Program-made: the position numbers and the translations under genes
Notes under the pieces: generated by a model
The model's input: the letters and a program-made list of their open reading frames with translations, nothing else
What the model was told of the DNA's origin: nothing
Database searches by the model: none
Shown: one piece after another, positions 11,154-20,816 of the stretch
Numbering within the stretch: position 1 is the stretch's first letter
Layout of the letters: every line of letters starts with the position of its first letter
Assembly (NCBI GenBank): GCA_963842525.1
Contig: CAWJGT010000009.1
Span: 1,056,001 to 1,120,000 of the forward strand
DNA length: 64,000 nucleotides
From: an uncultured Holophagales bacterium
GTDB taxonomy: Bacteria; Acidobacteriota; Thermoanaerobaculia; Multivoradales; UBA5704
Reading direction: 5' to 3'

Positions 11154-11456
11154 TCAGGGGCACTCTCCCCCGGGACAGCACAGGAACTGGTTGCAGAGGC
11201 AGCGGTTGGAGGGGGTGCAGAAGCAGGCGGGCTGGTAGGGGCATGGACAATCTGCGACCGTGGAGCATGGTGTGCCGGCCAGAAAGATGGCCGACTCGAG
11301 GGCCTGAAGATCTTCGTAGGCCTGAGAATCAGCGCCATCGAGGACCTGCTTGCACTCCTTGGCCGTGAGGTCTGCCCACGGCTCTGCCGCCGTCGCCTGA
11401 CCCGCGAAGCTGAACAGCAAGACCAATGCGAACACAACCAAGAGTCTCGTTCTCAT
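11154..11456 (-). CDS. Small secreted Cys-rich peptide precursor
   Basis: Strong RBS AAGGAGG, Sec signal ending ATA-A, acidic spacer, then a C-terminal ~40 aa with 10 Cys. Confidence 0.8.
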   Translation of the reverse strand: MRTRLLVVFALVLLFSFAGQATAAEPWADLTAKECKQVLDGADSQAYEDLQALESAIFLAGTPCSTVADCPCPYQPACFCTPSNRCLCNQFLCCPGGECP

Positions 11457-11659
11457 TTCCTATCCTCCTTCCGTTGGTGGACAGCGCCTGCGGAGGAAAC
11501 CGTTCCGCCGCCCGCGCAGGCAGCCACTCTTCATGGTGCTCTGCGCCGCCGCAACGGGACGGACCCCCATCTGATGGGGGAGAAGGCCGGCCTGAGCCGG
11601 TTGCAGTAGAATCCAGCAGTAGCGGTCCCACAGTCGTCGACTTGAATCGAGGAGGTCTC

Positions 11660-12853
11660 ATGAAGTGGCTCGTCCTCACAGCGCTCGCTCTCCTCGCAGG
11701 GAATCCCTCAGCACTTGGTACGGCTGATGTGGTGAAGGAGGCCCACCTGGGCTCGCTGCAGGAAGGCGAGTTGCAGAAGCTCCTCGATCAGTTGCGGAAA
11801 GACGCCGGAGCCCCTGGAGCCATCCTTGGCATAGCTTCGGGGGACGGTCATCTCAAGGTTGTGGCGAGCGGCCAAGCCGACCGCGAGGCCGGCAGGCCGA
11901 TGGCCCCCGACACGCCCTATTTTCTCGGCAGCATCACCAAGACCTACACCGCCGTGGTCATCCTGCGTCTTGCAGAAGAAGGACGCCTCTCTCTCGACGA
12001 TCCCATAGCGCGTTTCCTACCCGCGTTCCCGGAGGGATCGAAGATCACCATTCGCCACCTCCTCACGCACACCAGCGGCCTGAAAGACTTCTATTCGCAT
12101 TTCTACTACCGGCCTGACCGCGAAGAGATGATCAGGCTGGTCACGAAGCGGTGGACGGAGGAGGAGCTTCTCGAGCTGTCTGGCCGTTTTGGCCGCTGGT
12201 TCGATCCCGGTACGGATTGGGATTACAGCAACACGGGCTACTACCTCCTCGGCGTCATCATCGAGCGCGCCAGCGGCCTGGCGTTGACTGAGGCGTACCG
12301 GCGCTACATCTACGAGCCTCTCGGCCTCCGCCGGACCTGGCTCGCCCAGCATGAAGAGGCGCGCGGGCCTTTGCCTGTAGGCTACATGGGGCCCGTGGAG
12401 GGCTGGAAACATTCCGAGATGTTTGGCGAGCTCGGATCCACAGCTGTGTTGGACCAGTCTTCGGTGGAGCTGAGCGCGGGCGGCCTGGCGGCCCCGGCGG
12501 AGGAGAGCCTTCAATTCCTCCGCGGGCTTTTTACAGGGAAGCTCCTGGCCCCCGCGTCGCTGGAAGCCATGCAGGGGTTTCGTGCCACGCCCTCTCTCGG
12601 CCTGTTCAGCAAGAGCGCGGCGCCTCCCAGCAAATTTGAAGGCTACGGCATGGGCTTCGTGAAGATCGAGCGTGCGGGCGTCACGCTCCTGGGGCATGGA
12701 GGGTTGTTCACCGGCCATGCGGCGGGGGTGTGGCACATCCCCGAACGCGGCATCACGTTCGCTCTGTACTTCAATCGTGGTCTCATCGATCAACGGCCAG
12801 CGCTGGATCAGGTGATCCACGTCGTGACGCGCCCGATTAAAGTGCCGGATTAA
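11660..12853 (+). CDS. Serine hydrolase, beta-lactamase class C / D-Ala peptidase-like
   Basis: GGAGG RBS, signal peptide, SITK (SxxK), YSN, HGG. The last codons and stop come from the repeat array at 12835. Confidence 0.9.
   Translation: MKWLVLTALALLAGNPSALGTADVVKEAHLGSLQEGELQKLLDQLRKDAGAPGAILGIASGDGHLKVVASGQADREAGRPMAPDTPYFLGSITKTYTAVVILRLAEEGRLSLDDPIARFLPAFPEGSKITIRHLLTHTSGLKDFYSHFYYRPDREEMIRLVTKRWTEEELLELSGRFGRWFDPGTDWDYSNTGYYLLGVIIERASGLALTEAYRRYIYEPLGLRRTWLAQHEEARGPLPVGYMGPVEGWKHSEMFGELGSTAVLDQSSVELSAGGLAAPAEESLQFLRGLFTGKLLAPASLEAMQGFRATPSLGLFSKSAAPPSKFEGYGMGFVKIERAGVTLLGHGGLFTGHAAGVWHIPERGITFALYFNRGLIDQRPALDQVIHVVTRPIKVPD
12795..12832 (+). repeat. 38-bp direct repeat, left copy
   Basis: GGCCAGCGCTGGATCAGGTGATCCACGTCGTGACGCGC, 37/38 identical to 25275-25312. 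Confidence 0.95.
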
Positions 12854-12903
12854 AGTGCCACCCAATTCGGATTAAAGTGCCGGATTAAAGTGCCACCCAA
12901 TTC
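12835..12903 (+). repeat. REP-like motif array: 4 x GATTAAAGTGCC arranged as a 35-bp unit x2
   Basis: Copies at 12835, 12848, 12870 and 12883; ACCCAATTC follows the 2nd and 4th. Confidence 0.92.
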
Positions 12904-12979
12904 AATCCCGCACCTCGGCGATTTCGATGAGGTGCAGCCTGGATCGATCGAACGACCGCGCGCAGAAGGGGGATCGAAC

Positions 12980-13288
12980 ATGGCACAGGTAGCCTTGGGA
13001 TTGCTCGTCCGTCTGGAAGCGAAGCCCGGCAAGGAAGAAGAGGTCGAGAATTTCCTGCGAGGCGGGCTGGCGATCGTCGACGAGGAGCCGGCGACGATCG
13101 CATGGTTTGCGATCCGCCTCGGCCCGACGACGTTCGGCATCTTCGACGCCTTCCCGGATGAAGCCGGCCGGCAGGCCCACCTCACGGGCCGGGTCGCGGC
13201 AGCGCTGATGGCGAAGGCGCCGGACCTGTTCGCCCAGCCGCCTGCCATCGAAAAGGTCGACGTCCTGGCGGCCAAGCTGCCGGGGTGA
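12980..13288 (+). CDS. Antibiotic biosynthesis monooxygenase (ABM) family protein
   Basis: LLVRLEAKPGKEEEV, FGIFDAFPDEAGRQAHL, IEKVDVLAAKL. Confidence 0.88.
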   Translation: MAQVALGLLVRLEAKPGKEEEVENFLRGGLAIVDEEPATIAWFAIRLGPTTFGIFDAFPDEAGRQAHLTGRVAAALMAKAPDLFAQPPAIEKVDVLAAKLPG

Positions 13289-13875
13289 CCGAGAACGAAG
13301 GACGGGCGCCGCAGGGCGGCTCTCAGGTCCGAAGCAGAGGCGAGAAGGCCGCCGCCGAGAACGGCGCCGCCCTGCCGCTCGTGCAGGAGGATGCGCAGGC
13401 CGGGTGAGGGCGTGACTTCCCTGGCCAGGCGGTGTTCCGCAGAGATGGCCCAGTCCATGACCACCCAACCCGCCGGGTCCACCGCTGGCGGCCCTCGACA
13501 TCTTCAGGAGATCGTCGTCTAGAACTCCTGGATCGCTCTGGCTACCAGCTTGAGGAGGGTTCGACCTCCGGCGCTCGTCAGGAGGGAGAGCCGCGGATAG
13601 CGATATTGACAGGGTGGGATCACATGCTCGCCAGACTGGCAAGCGGGGACCTGAGGCTCGGCAGCGAGCCGATCGTAGACCTGCCAGTCAGACTGGCTCT
13701 GCGCAGCGAAGGCGGAAGCCCATCCTTCCCGGGAGGGCGGCATCAGTTTGGCTCGGAACGGAACGGACGAAGCGTTCGGCGCGGGACAGGTCCCGGAAAT
13801 AAGGTCCTGGCGCGCGGGGTGCTGCTGGGGTTCGGGGAGGGGCAGCGGGATTAGGCACAATGCTGAAATTCTTTT

Positions 13876-14295
13876 GAGGTACCTCGGAACCGTTCGGAGG
13901 TACCGGAAAAAACTTCCGAGGTACCTCAGAAGTTTTCTGAGGTGCCCCAAAAACTTTTCGAGGTACCTCGGAACCGTTCGGAGGTACCGGAAAAAACTTC
14001 TGAGGTACCTCAGAAGCTTTCCGAGGTACTCCAGAAACTTTTCGAGGTACCTCGGAACCGTTCGGAGGTACCGGAAAAAAGTTCTGAGGTACCTCAGAAG
14101 TTTTCCGAGGTACTCCAGAAATTTTTTGAGGTACCTCGGAACCGTTCGGAAGTACCGGAGAAAACTTCTGAAGCCCGCCAGATCTCTTCAGAAGCGCTCC
14201 AGAATTCCTCGGAAGCTCCGGAGAACGGACCGGAAGTCCCGGAGAATCGTCAGGAAGCCCTCTCAAATCGTCCTCAAGCACGCCAGAAGCCTCGC
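13876..14295. repeat. 21-bp tandem array with 84-bp higher-order period
   Basis: 13 units start GAGGT (13876, 13897 ... 14128) in ABCD order, then ~7 degenerate GAAG-start units. Contains the palindrome GAGGTACCTC. Confidence 0.95.
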
Positions 14296-14308
14296 CTGCC
14301 CTCTCCTG

Positions 14309-14850
14309 TCAACTGGGCTGCGCCTGCCCGAAGCGGAGAGAAGGATCTGTCCGCGCCTCCTGAAGATACCTCGCATACTCCCGGACCGACCGGACCGTGA
14401 GCTGCTCCTGTCGCGCGGCCTCCTGGAAGAGCATCAGCGCGGCGACCGCTTCGCGATGGACGTCCTGCGCCTGGAAGATGGGGAAGATCTCCTCCGCCAG
14501 CCGCTTTACGTCCGCCACGCGCCCTTCCCGGACATAGAGGAGCGCGAGGTCCTCGATCGACACCATGGCCGCGTCATACCCGATGCCCTGGGCAAGGAAC
14601 CCGTCGCGCACCTGGAGGAAGATACGTTCGGCCTCCTCGCTCCGTCCGAGCCCGGCGGCGATCTTGCCCTGGAGCCACGAGAGCCGGAGCTGTGTCCACG
14701 CCTCGGGGAACTCCCGGTAGAGGCCCTCGTCCAGGACGAGCATCTCCGCCGCCTCGCGGTACTGGCGGTCCTCCGTCAGATACCGGGCCAGATTGTTGTA
14801 CCGCGCACAAAGGTAGAGCCGCGAGTCGTCCTCGGTCCGGATCGCCTGGG
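14309..14850 (-). pseudogene. C-terminal fragment of a TPR-like helical protein
   Basis: [58 protein letters not shown]. No 5' part; it abuts the intI remnant. Confidence 0.65.
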
Positions 14851-15267
14851 ATGGCGCATCGGTGGCCTTTCTGGAGCACCCACCGCTCGCCTTCCGCCAT
14901 GGGAGGGAGGGGGGCGGTCCGCGTCCGCCACCTGCCCGTGGTGCTCACGCGGGAGGAGGTCAGGAGGATTCTCTCGTACATGACCGGCGGCGACCATCTC
15001 TTCATCTCTCTCCTGTACGGCACAGGTATGAGGCTGGCCGAGTGCCAGCGTCTGCGGGTCAAGGATCTCGACTTCGCCCAGCACCAGATCACGATCCGCG
15101 ATGGGAAGGGTGCAAAGGACCGGGTCACGATGTTGCCCGAGACCCTCGCGCCCGCCCTTGTTGGGCGACAATTAGAACTGCGGGGTGACGACAACTAGAA
15201 TTGCGGGTTTCCAGCCCTCGTAAACGCCTGTCCCGTAGGCTCTTGGCCCTCATGAATTGGGGGGCTG

Positions 15268-16744
15268 ATGTTGACGGATAGGCAGGTAAGGAGATTGAGG
15301 ATGGAACTTGGCAAGGGAGAGTCGTTGTCGAGCGCAGCTCTGCGCTCCGGGATGAGTGAGAACACGGCTCGGCGGTATCGCGAGGGTGGGCTTCCGGGCC
15401 AGCGCAGGGTGGTGCGGCAGTATCGGACCCGGCCGGACCCGTTTGCCGGGGTGTGGCCTGAGATCGAAGGGATGCTCGAGCAGGCGCCCGGCCTGGAGGC
15501 GGTGACGATCTTCGAGGCTCCTGAGGGGGCGGCCGGAGCTGAGCTTTTCGGATGGTCAGCTGCGTACGTTGCAGCGGCGGATCCGTCGTTGGCGGGCGTC
15601 GCAGGGTCCCGAGCGGGAGGTGATGTTCGCGCAGGAGCACCGCCCGGGGGAGTACGCCCAGAGTGATTTCACGAGTATGACGGAACTGGGCATCTGCTTC
15701 GGAGGCGAGCCGTTCGACCACCTGGTGTTCCATTTTGTGTTGCCGTACTCGAACTGGGAGACGGGCGGGATCTGCTTTTCGGAGAGTTTTGAGGCTCTGA
15801 TCAGTGGCTTCCAGGCCGCGGTCTGGGAGCTGGGCAAGGTGCCGAAGCTGCACCGGACGGACAACCTTTCGGCGGCCACCCACGAGTTGGGCGAGGGGGG
15901 CCGGACGTTCAACGAGCGCTACCTGGGTGCGCTCGCGCACTACCAGGTCCAGCCCGACTGCAACACCCCTGGGCGTGGCCACGAAAACGGCGATGTGGAG
16001 CAGGCGCACCACCGCTTCAAGCGGGCGGTCCAGCAAGCGCTTCTGCTGCGGGGAAGCCGGGAGTTTTCGAGCCGCGCCGCGTACGAGGTGTTCTTGGGGG
16101 AGATCTTTTTGGGGCGCAACCGGGGCCGTGCCGACAAGCTGCGCGAGGAGCTGGAGCAGATGAGGGATCTGCCGCTGTCGCGCCTGGACGATTTCCGGCG
16201 GGAGCGGGTCCGGGTCAGCGTGTTTTCCACCCTGCGGGTGTCCAACAACGTCTACTCGGTGGCCTCGCGGCTGATCGGCGAATGGGTGGACATTCGGCTG
16301 TATGCGGAGCGGATCGAGGTGCACTTCGCCGGCGAACGGGTGGCCGAGATGGATCGCCTTCGGGGCCGCGGCCACGCCGCCATCGACTATCGCCATCTGA
16401 TCTGGTCGTTAATCCGCAAACCGGGAGCGTTCGCGCGCTACCGGTACCGGGAGGCGCTGTTTCCGAGCCTGGTTTTCCGGCAGACCTACGATGCGCTGGA
16501 GGGGCGGCACGGGGCGCGTGCGGACGTGGAGTACGTGCGGATCCTGCACCTGGCGGCGAGCACGGGAGAGAGCGCGGTGGAGGGTGTGCTGGCGGCCCTG
16601 TTGGAGAGCGGCGAGCTGCGGGACTTCGCTCAGGTGCAGACGGCCCTTCGGCCGGTGCGCCTGGAGCCGCCGGTGTGCCGGATCGATCCTCCGGACCTTC
16701 GGGTCTACGACGAGTGCATCGCCGCGGCAGGAGGTGGCCTGTGA
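15268..16744 (+). CDS. istA: IS21 transposase with a +1 frameshift near 15517 (real or sequencing error)
   Basis: HTH GMSENTARRY, RTRPDPF, AQSDFT, RTDNLS, ENGDVE. Split over ORFs 15268 and 15569. Confidence 0.9.
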
Positions 16745-17517
16745 AGCCGGCCAGCGAGGCGGGATTGCCGCTGCTGCTGAAATCGTTGTGCCTGCCGACC
16801 TTCGCCCGGGAGTACGCGACGGTGGCCGTCCAGGCGGTGCGTGGGGGGCTCACCCACGAGGGGTATCTGCTGGCTCTGGCCGAGCAAGAGGCCAGCGAAC
16901 GGTGCGAGCGCCGGGTGGAGAGACTGCTTCAGGAGTCCAGGCTGCCGCGAGAAAAGAGCCTGGCGGGCTTCGAGGTGGGCCGGCTTCCACCCAAGGCCAG
17001 GGCGGCCCTGGCCGCTCTTCAGGACGGCTCGTTTCTTGACCAAGCCACCAATCTGATCGTGTTTGGCAACCCCGGGACCGGCAAGTCTCACCTGGTCTGC
17101 GGTCTGGGCCAGGAGCTGGTGCGCGGGGGCCGGACGGTGCTGTTTTCCCCGACGTACCAGATCGTCCAGCGGCTCCTGGCCGCGAAGCGGGATCTGCGCC
17201 TGGCGGCCGAGCTGAAGCGGCTGGACCGATTCGAAGCCCTGATCCTGGACGACCTCGGCTACGTCGAGCAAAGCCGCGAGGAGATGGAGGTTCTGTTTAC
17301 CCTGATCGCCGAGCGGTACGAGAGGCGCTCGGTGCTGATCACCAGCAACCTGGTGTTCAGCAAGTGGGAGCAGATTTTCAAGGACCCGATGACGACGGCG
17401 GCCGCGGTGGATCGGATCGTCCACCATTCGGTGATCCTGGAGCTGAGCATCGAGAGCTACCGGGCACAGGCGGCCAAGGAGAGAGCTGCGGGAGCCAAGG
17501 GGGCCCGCGGGGCGTGA
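16741..17517 (+). CDS. istB: IS21 helper ATPase
   Basis: GNPGTGKS, LILDDLGY, ERYERRSVLITSN, AAVDRIVHH. Confidence 0.95.
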   Translation: MKPASEAGLPLLLKSLCLPTFAREYATVAVQAVRGGLTHEGYLLALAEQEASERCERRVERLLQESRLPREKSLAGFEVGRLPPKARAALAALQDGSFLDQATNLIVFGNPGTGKSHLVCGLGQELVRGGRTVLFSPTYQIVQRLLAAKRDLRLAAELKRLDRFEALILDDLGYVEQSREEMEVLFTLIAERYERRSVLITSNLVFSKWEQIFKDPMTTAAAVDRIVHHSVILELSIESYRAQAAKERAAGAKGARGA

Positions 17518-18239
17518 GCTCCAGAGCTTGGATGGGCCATGCTACCGCGCATAATTGCAATCGCTGAAGGATGCCCGCAGCTGCGGGCATCCTTCCCTGC
17601 TAAGTCCCTGCCCCCCGGAAGGAGGTCAAGAGCCGACCAGCCCCCACCCGGCCCCCTGAAAGAAGCTCCCCCCGCCCCCCGTAGGAGTGTTGACACGAAC
17701 TGGAGGAGGATCCCGCAGTTCTAATTGTCGCCGACCCTCAATTCTAGTTGACGCCGGACACGCCCTCGAGGAGCATCTGCGCAGTGTGCGAGAGCAACAT
17801 CGCAAGGATCTCGCCGAAGGCCACGGCCGGGTCCATCTTCCTTATGCGATCGAGAGAAAATACCCACGAGCGGCAGCGGAGTGGGGTTGGCAGTGTCCTG
17901 AACCGTGGGGGGAAGGGGGTCTTGAGCCTTCTCGACAACCTGTAGCTTAGACGACCGGCGGCTGACGCAAGGGACTTCACAGCACTCTCGGCAAGTCGCT
18001 GCCTTGCCGAGACTTGAGCCCTGCCTCTAGGACGGCTTCATGCCCCCCTTCCAGCCGCAGATCGCTCTTTTGCACCTGATCTCGGGCGACCTTCTCTGAC
18101 GCATAAGAACTTCTCGTGTACCTGAAACGCCAAGCGCACGTGGAGTCAGATGCGATCTTCTCGACCGCCTTCGCTTGCCAGGCATGACGTGGTCGCGACC
18201 TCGCGGGCACAGGGGCCACAGAGTGCTTATGTGCGGCCG

Positions 18240-18263
18240 GGGCGGTGTTGACGCACGTTAGGA
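18240..18263 (+). other. Candidate attI core (GTTAGGA at 18257)
   Basis: First GTTRRR-like core between the intI 3' end and the first cassette ORF. Positional inference only. Confidence 0.35.
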
Positions 18264-18302
18264 AGAGGTGTAGAGTCAACTAAGTCGAAGAGGATAAGCA
18301 CC

Positions 18303-18611
18303 TTGCACGCCCGCAACCCTGGGCCCGGCCGTGGAGTCAACCCCCAGGTTGCGTCGCATGGGTGGGAAAAGCTGCAGCGCCTAGTCAAAATGCGAAATGA
18401 TTTAACCCATCCTAAGAGTGTGCATGACACCCTGTTAAGCCCTGAGATGCCCAACGTCATTCGCGATGCAGCAGTCTGGTTCTTGGGGTGCATGCGTGAT
18501 CTTATTGCGACGGCCGACACCCAACTGCTGGAACAGAGCTTCAAGGAGACGGCGAAGATGCCAGAAATGCAGAAGCTACTAGCTGAAAGGGCAGCTCGAA
18601 AGGAGAAGTAG
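18303..18611 (+). pseudogene. Cassette 1: 5'-truncated HEPN-like ORF
   Basis: RNDLTH (Rx4H) motif in a helical context; no convincing start; followed by attC. Confidence 0.55.
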
Positions 18612-18622
18612 TTGAAACCGCC

Positions 18623-18682
18623 GCCGAACCCCGCTGCTCAACCGGATGGCTGCGCCACCGGTTAGCAGCAACAGCGTTCTAC
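18623..18682 (+). other. attC site 1
   Basis: GCCGAAC...GTTCTAC with internal palindrome TGCT(C)AACCGG/CCGGTTAGCA. Confidence 0.88.
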
Positions 18683-18725
18683 GCCAAAGGTACACCGGCA
18701 GCGCGAATGACCGACGAACCATTCC

Positions 18726-19052
18726 ATGAGCCGAACTTTTGAACAGATCGTCAGGTTGGTGGCAAGCCGTGATGTGCGGGTCTCGGTGCATGGCTATGAC
18801 GAACTCGCAGCTGATGGTATTCTCGTCCGCGATGTTGTCGCTGGTGTCCACGAAGGTGAGGTGATTGAAGACTATCCAGACTATCGAAAAGGCCCTTGCG
18901 TTTTGGTGTTGCAAAAGGATCAAGGCGGCACGCCGATTCATGTTGTGTGGGGTATCCCCAGCGGCAAATCATCCCCAGCCGTAGTGGTGACGGCGTATAG
19001 ACCGAAGCGCGAGAAATGGACCGACGACTACAAACGCAGGAGAAGGCAATGA
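18726..19052 (+). CDS. Cassette 2: DUF4258-family toxin
   Basis: SVHGYDEL, IEDYPDY, PIHVVW, VVVTAYRP..W. Confidence 0.85.
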   Translation: MSRTFEQIVRLVASRDVRVSVHGYDELAADGILVRDVVAGVHEGEVIEDYPDYRKGPCVLVLQKDQGGTPIHVVWGIPSGKSSPAVVVTAYRPKREKWTDDYKRRRRQ

Positions 19053-19261
19053 GTACGCGCCACAGGAAGTTCGTTCATGAAGGAGAGTACGCTGCGGAGG
19101 TCGAGGTCGATCTCATCGAGGCAGAGGAGGAGTGGTCCCCATATTTGTCACTTGAGGATGCTGAGAAGCTCGATACTGTCCGCGAAGCCCTTCGCCGCGG
19201 CGATGTCAGAGAAGCAAGCAAGGTGGGGCGCGTATTCCGACTGACTCCGCTGTCGGCATGA
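19049..19261 (+). CDS. Cassette 2: putative antitoxin partner
   Basis: ATGA overlap. KFVHEGEYAAEVEVDL..WSPYLSLEDAEKLD. Confidence 0.75.
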   Translation: MSTRHRKFVHEGEYAAEVEVDLIEAEEEWSPYLSLEDAEKLDTVREALRRGDVREASKVGRVFRLTPLSA

Positions 19262-19273
19262 TGACACGCTGGC

Positions 19274-19332
19274 GTAGAACCCAGGCTTGCAGCGCACAGC
19301 TTCGCCGTCGCTGAAGCCCAGCAGCGTTATGT
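19274..19332 (+). other. attC site 2
   Basis: GTAGAAC (complement of the cassette's own GTTCTAC)...GTTATGT. Confidence 0.9.
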
Positions 19333-19388
19333 GACATGGCAGCGTAGGCGTAGAGGCCTCGCGCATGTGATCCCGGAGCATCCGTAGC

Positions 19389-20018
19389 ATGCCATCACTC
19401 TCGGCTCTCCAACTCCTTCTTGCCGCGCTTACTGGAGCGGCGGGCGCCTTAATCATACGGATTGTCCTAAGACTCTACCTCCGCTCCAGAGAGTCCAAGA
19501 GAGCGCTAGCAGTTTACTATTGTGGTAAGCGATCGCCGACGCCAGGTGGACTCGATCACGGCTGGGGCCAAGAGTCAAAATCAAAAGGCCCCTCTGGCCG
19601 TAATGTATGGTTATACACAGAGGAGCCTACCGACCAAATACACCCTCGTGAGCATACAATATACGGCCCCTATGTAAACGACCTTGGGCGGCCAGGATAC
19701 TACCGAGTAGCCTTCTCAATCTGTGCTAAGAACTTCTTGCAGAACTCAGACAGATCTGTATTGTTACTAGATGTAGTGCAGGCACCCTTTGGAGGCACTA
19801 CAACCTATGTCTTGCATGGGCAGCGACTGATTAGGGAAGACGAACTAGCAAGCGGTAAGGAGCAATACAATACCTATGAAATCGAATTCTATGCACCCGG
19901 AACTGGAGTTTATGAATACCGTGCACGGGTGTTCGGAAGCAATGTGACTCGCGATCAAACGGTTGAGTTTGACACAATCCGTGTTTTCCGCAATACTCCC
20001 CTGTGGGAGGTGTTCTAG
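19389..20018 (+). CDS. Cassette 3: hypothetical protein, N-terminal TM plus beta-rich domain
   Basis: Low-GC ORF filling the attC2-attC3 interval; IYGPYVNDLGRPGYYRVAFSI. Confidence 0.8.
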   Translation: MPSLSALQLLLAALTGAAGALIIRIVLRLYLRSRESKRALAVYYCGKRSPTPGGLDHGWGQESKSKGPSGRNVWLYTEEPTDQIHPREHTIYGPYVNDLGRPGYYRVAFSICAKNFLQNSDRSVLLLDVVQAPFGGTTTYVLHGQRLIREDELASGKEQYNTYEIEFYAPGTGVYEYRARVFGSNVTRDQTVEFDTIRVFRNTPLWEVF

Positions 20019-20030
20019 GGTGGAGAGGGC

Positions 20031-20090
20031 ACATAACCCGGGCGCTGCACAGGACGGCTGACGCCGCCTGTGAGCTTCCACTCGTTGGGC
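20031..20090 (+). other. attC site 3
   Basis: ACATAAC (complement of GTTATGT)...GTTGGGC. Confidence 0.9.
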
Positions 20091-20143
20091 GTCTCTAAGA
20101 AGAGCGATGGCTACTACAGCCCGATCGAATAGGAGGAAAGCCA

Positions 20144-20665
20144 ATGGCGAGACTTGCGGCTATTCCGGCGAGTGCGGCTAGTGCGCTTAGTTCTACGCCA
20201 TTCTGGCGAGGGGAGTTTCGCCCTGAAGCTGTGGGCTTGCCTCCAGTGACATTCAAGCTAAGGCAAGTGTTCGTGTTGATGCCGATGGAAGGCGAAGAGG
20301 CGGAGGAAATCTACCGGACACTGAAGGCCGCCTGTGCGACAGTCGATCTGATAGCAACGAGGGTGGACGAGAGGGTCGGTGCCCGAATCATTATGCAAGA
20401 TATCGACCGAATGATGGGAGAGGCCGAGTTTCTCATATTTGATCTAAGTAAAGAGCGCCCAAATGTCTACTATGAACTCGGCTATGCCCATGGTATTGGC
20501 AACAATGCCGAGAACATCTTATTAATAGCCCGCGAAGGCACGCATATTCACTTTGATGTTGCACCTCTACGGATCCAGTTCTATCGATCGACCGATCACC
20601 TCCAGTCTCTTGTTGCCTCACAGCTAAGCGCAATGAAGCAAATCACACGAGGATTGGTACGATGA
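20144..20665 (+). CDS. Cassette 4: nucleoside 2-deoxyribosyltransferase-like protein
   Basis: AGGAGG RBS; VFVLMPM, AEFLIFDLSKERPNVYYELGYAHG, HFDV. Confidence 0.8.
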   Translation: MARLAAIPASAASALSSTPFWRGEFRPEAVGLPPVTFKLRQVFVLMPMEGEEAEEIYRTLKAACATVDLIATRVDERVGARIIMQDIDRMMGEAEFLIFDLSKERPNVYYELGYAHGIGNNAENILLIAREGTHIHFDVAPLRIQFYRSTDHLQSLVASQLSAMKQITRGLVR

Positions 20666-20724
20666 ATTGCACTGGCCGGCAGTCTGAGCTGCGTCGGCGG
20701 TTCCAGGGCGTACTGCCAATCGGC

Positions 20725-20801
20725 GCCCAACCCCGGCTGTCGAGCGGACGGAAACCGCAAACAGCGCGGTTCCCGCTCGCTCACCTTCTGCGGCGTTGGC
20801 C
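20725..20801 (+). other. attC site 4
   Basis: GCCCAAC (complement of GTTGGGC)...GTTGGCC. Confidence 0.9.
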
Positions 20802-20816
20802 GTCGCAGGAAGCTAA

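Larger units (their letters stand above)
15159..17760 (+). mobile_element. IS21-family insertion sequence (2602 bp)
   Basis: TG...CA ends. IRL TGTTGGGCGACAATTAGAACTGCGGG, IRR (rc) TGTCCGGCGTCAACTAGAATTGAGGG, with internal repeats. 6-bp TSD CGCCCT at 15153-15158 and 17761-17766. Confidence 0.95.
14915..17945 (+). pseudogene. intI: Integron integrase remnant: N-terminus lost, IS21 inserted, catalytic C-half deleted
   Basis: [47 protein letters not shown]. Resumes after the IS with the IntI-specific HRKDLAEGHGRVHLPYAIERKYP..WGWQ, then jumps to the terminal VLNRGGKGV. Confidence 0.92.

Noticed and set aside
11154-11456. Ranthipeptide/sactipeptide or lanthipeptide precursor
   Set aside because: Has a Sec signal and no radical SAM or Lan enzymes nearby; disulfides are more likely.
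11660-12853. Beta-lactam resistance gene
   Set aside because: SxxK/YxN/HGG motifs are shared by many esterases and peptidases; nothing specific to AmpC.
13876-14295. CRISPR array
   Set aside because: Period is only 21 bp, the variable parts recur every 84 bp, and there are no cas genes.
13748-14983. 411-aa basic protein
   Set aside because: Made of the stop-free repeat plus the antisense of the TPR fragment; no RBS or domain evidence.
15510-15525. Programmed frameshift in istA (also RAYT ~24955 and the PIN gene ~640)
   Set aside because: No slippery heptamer. All three are fixed by removing one G from a G run, which suggests sequencing indels or simple mutation.
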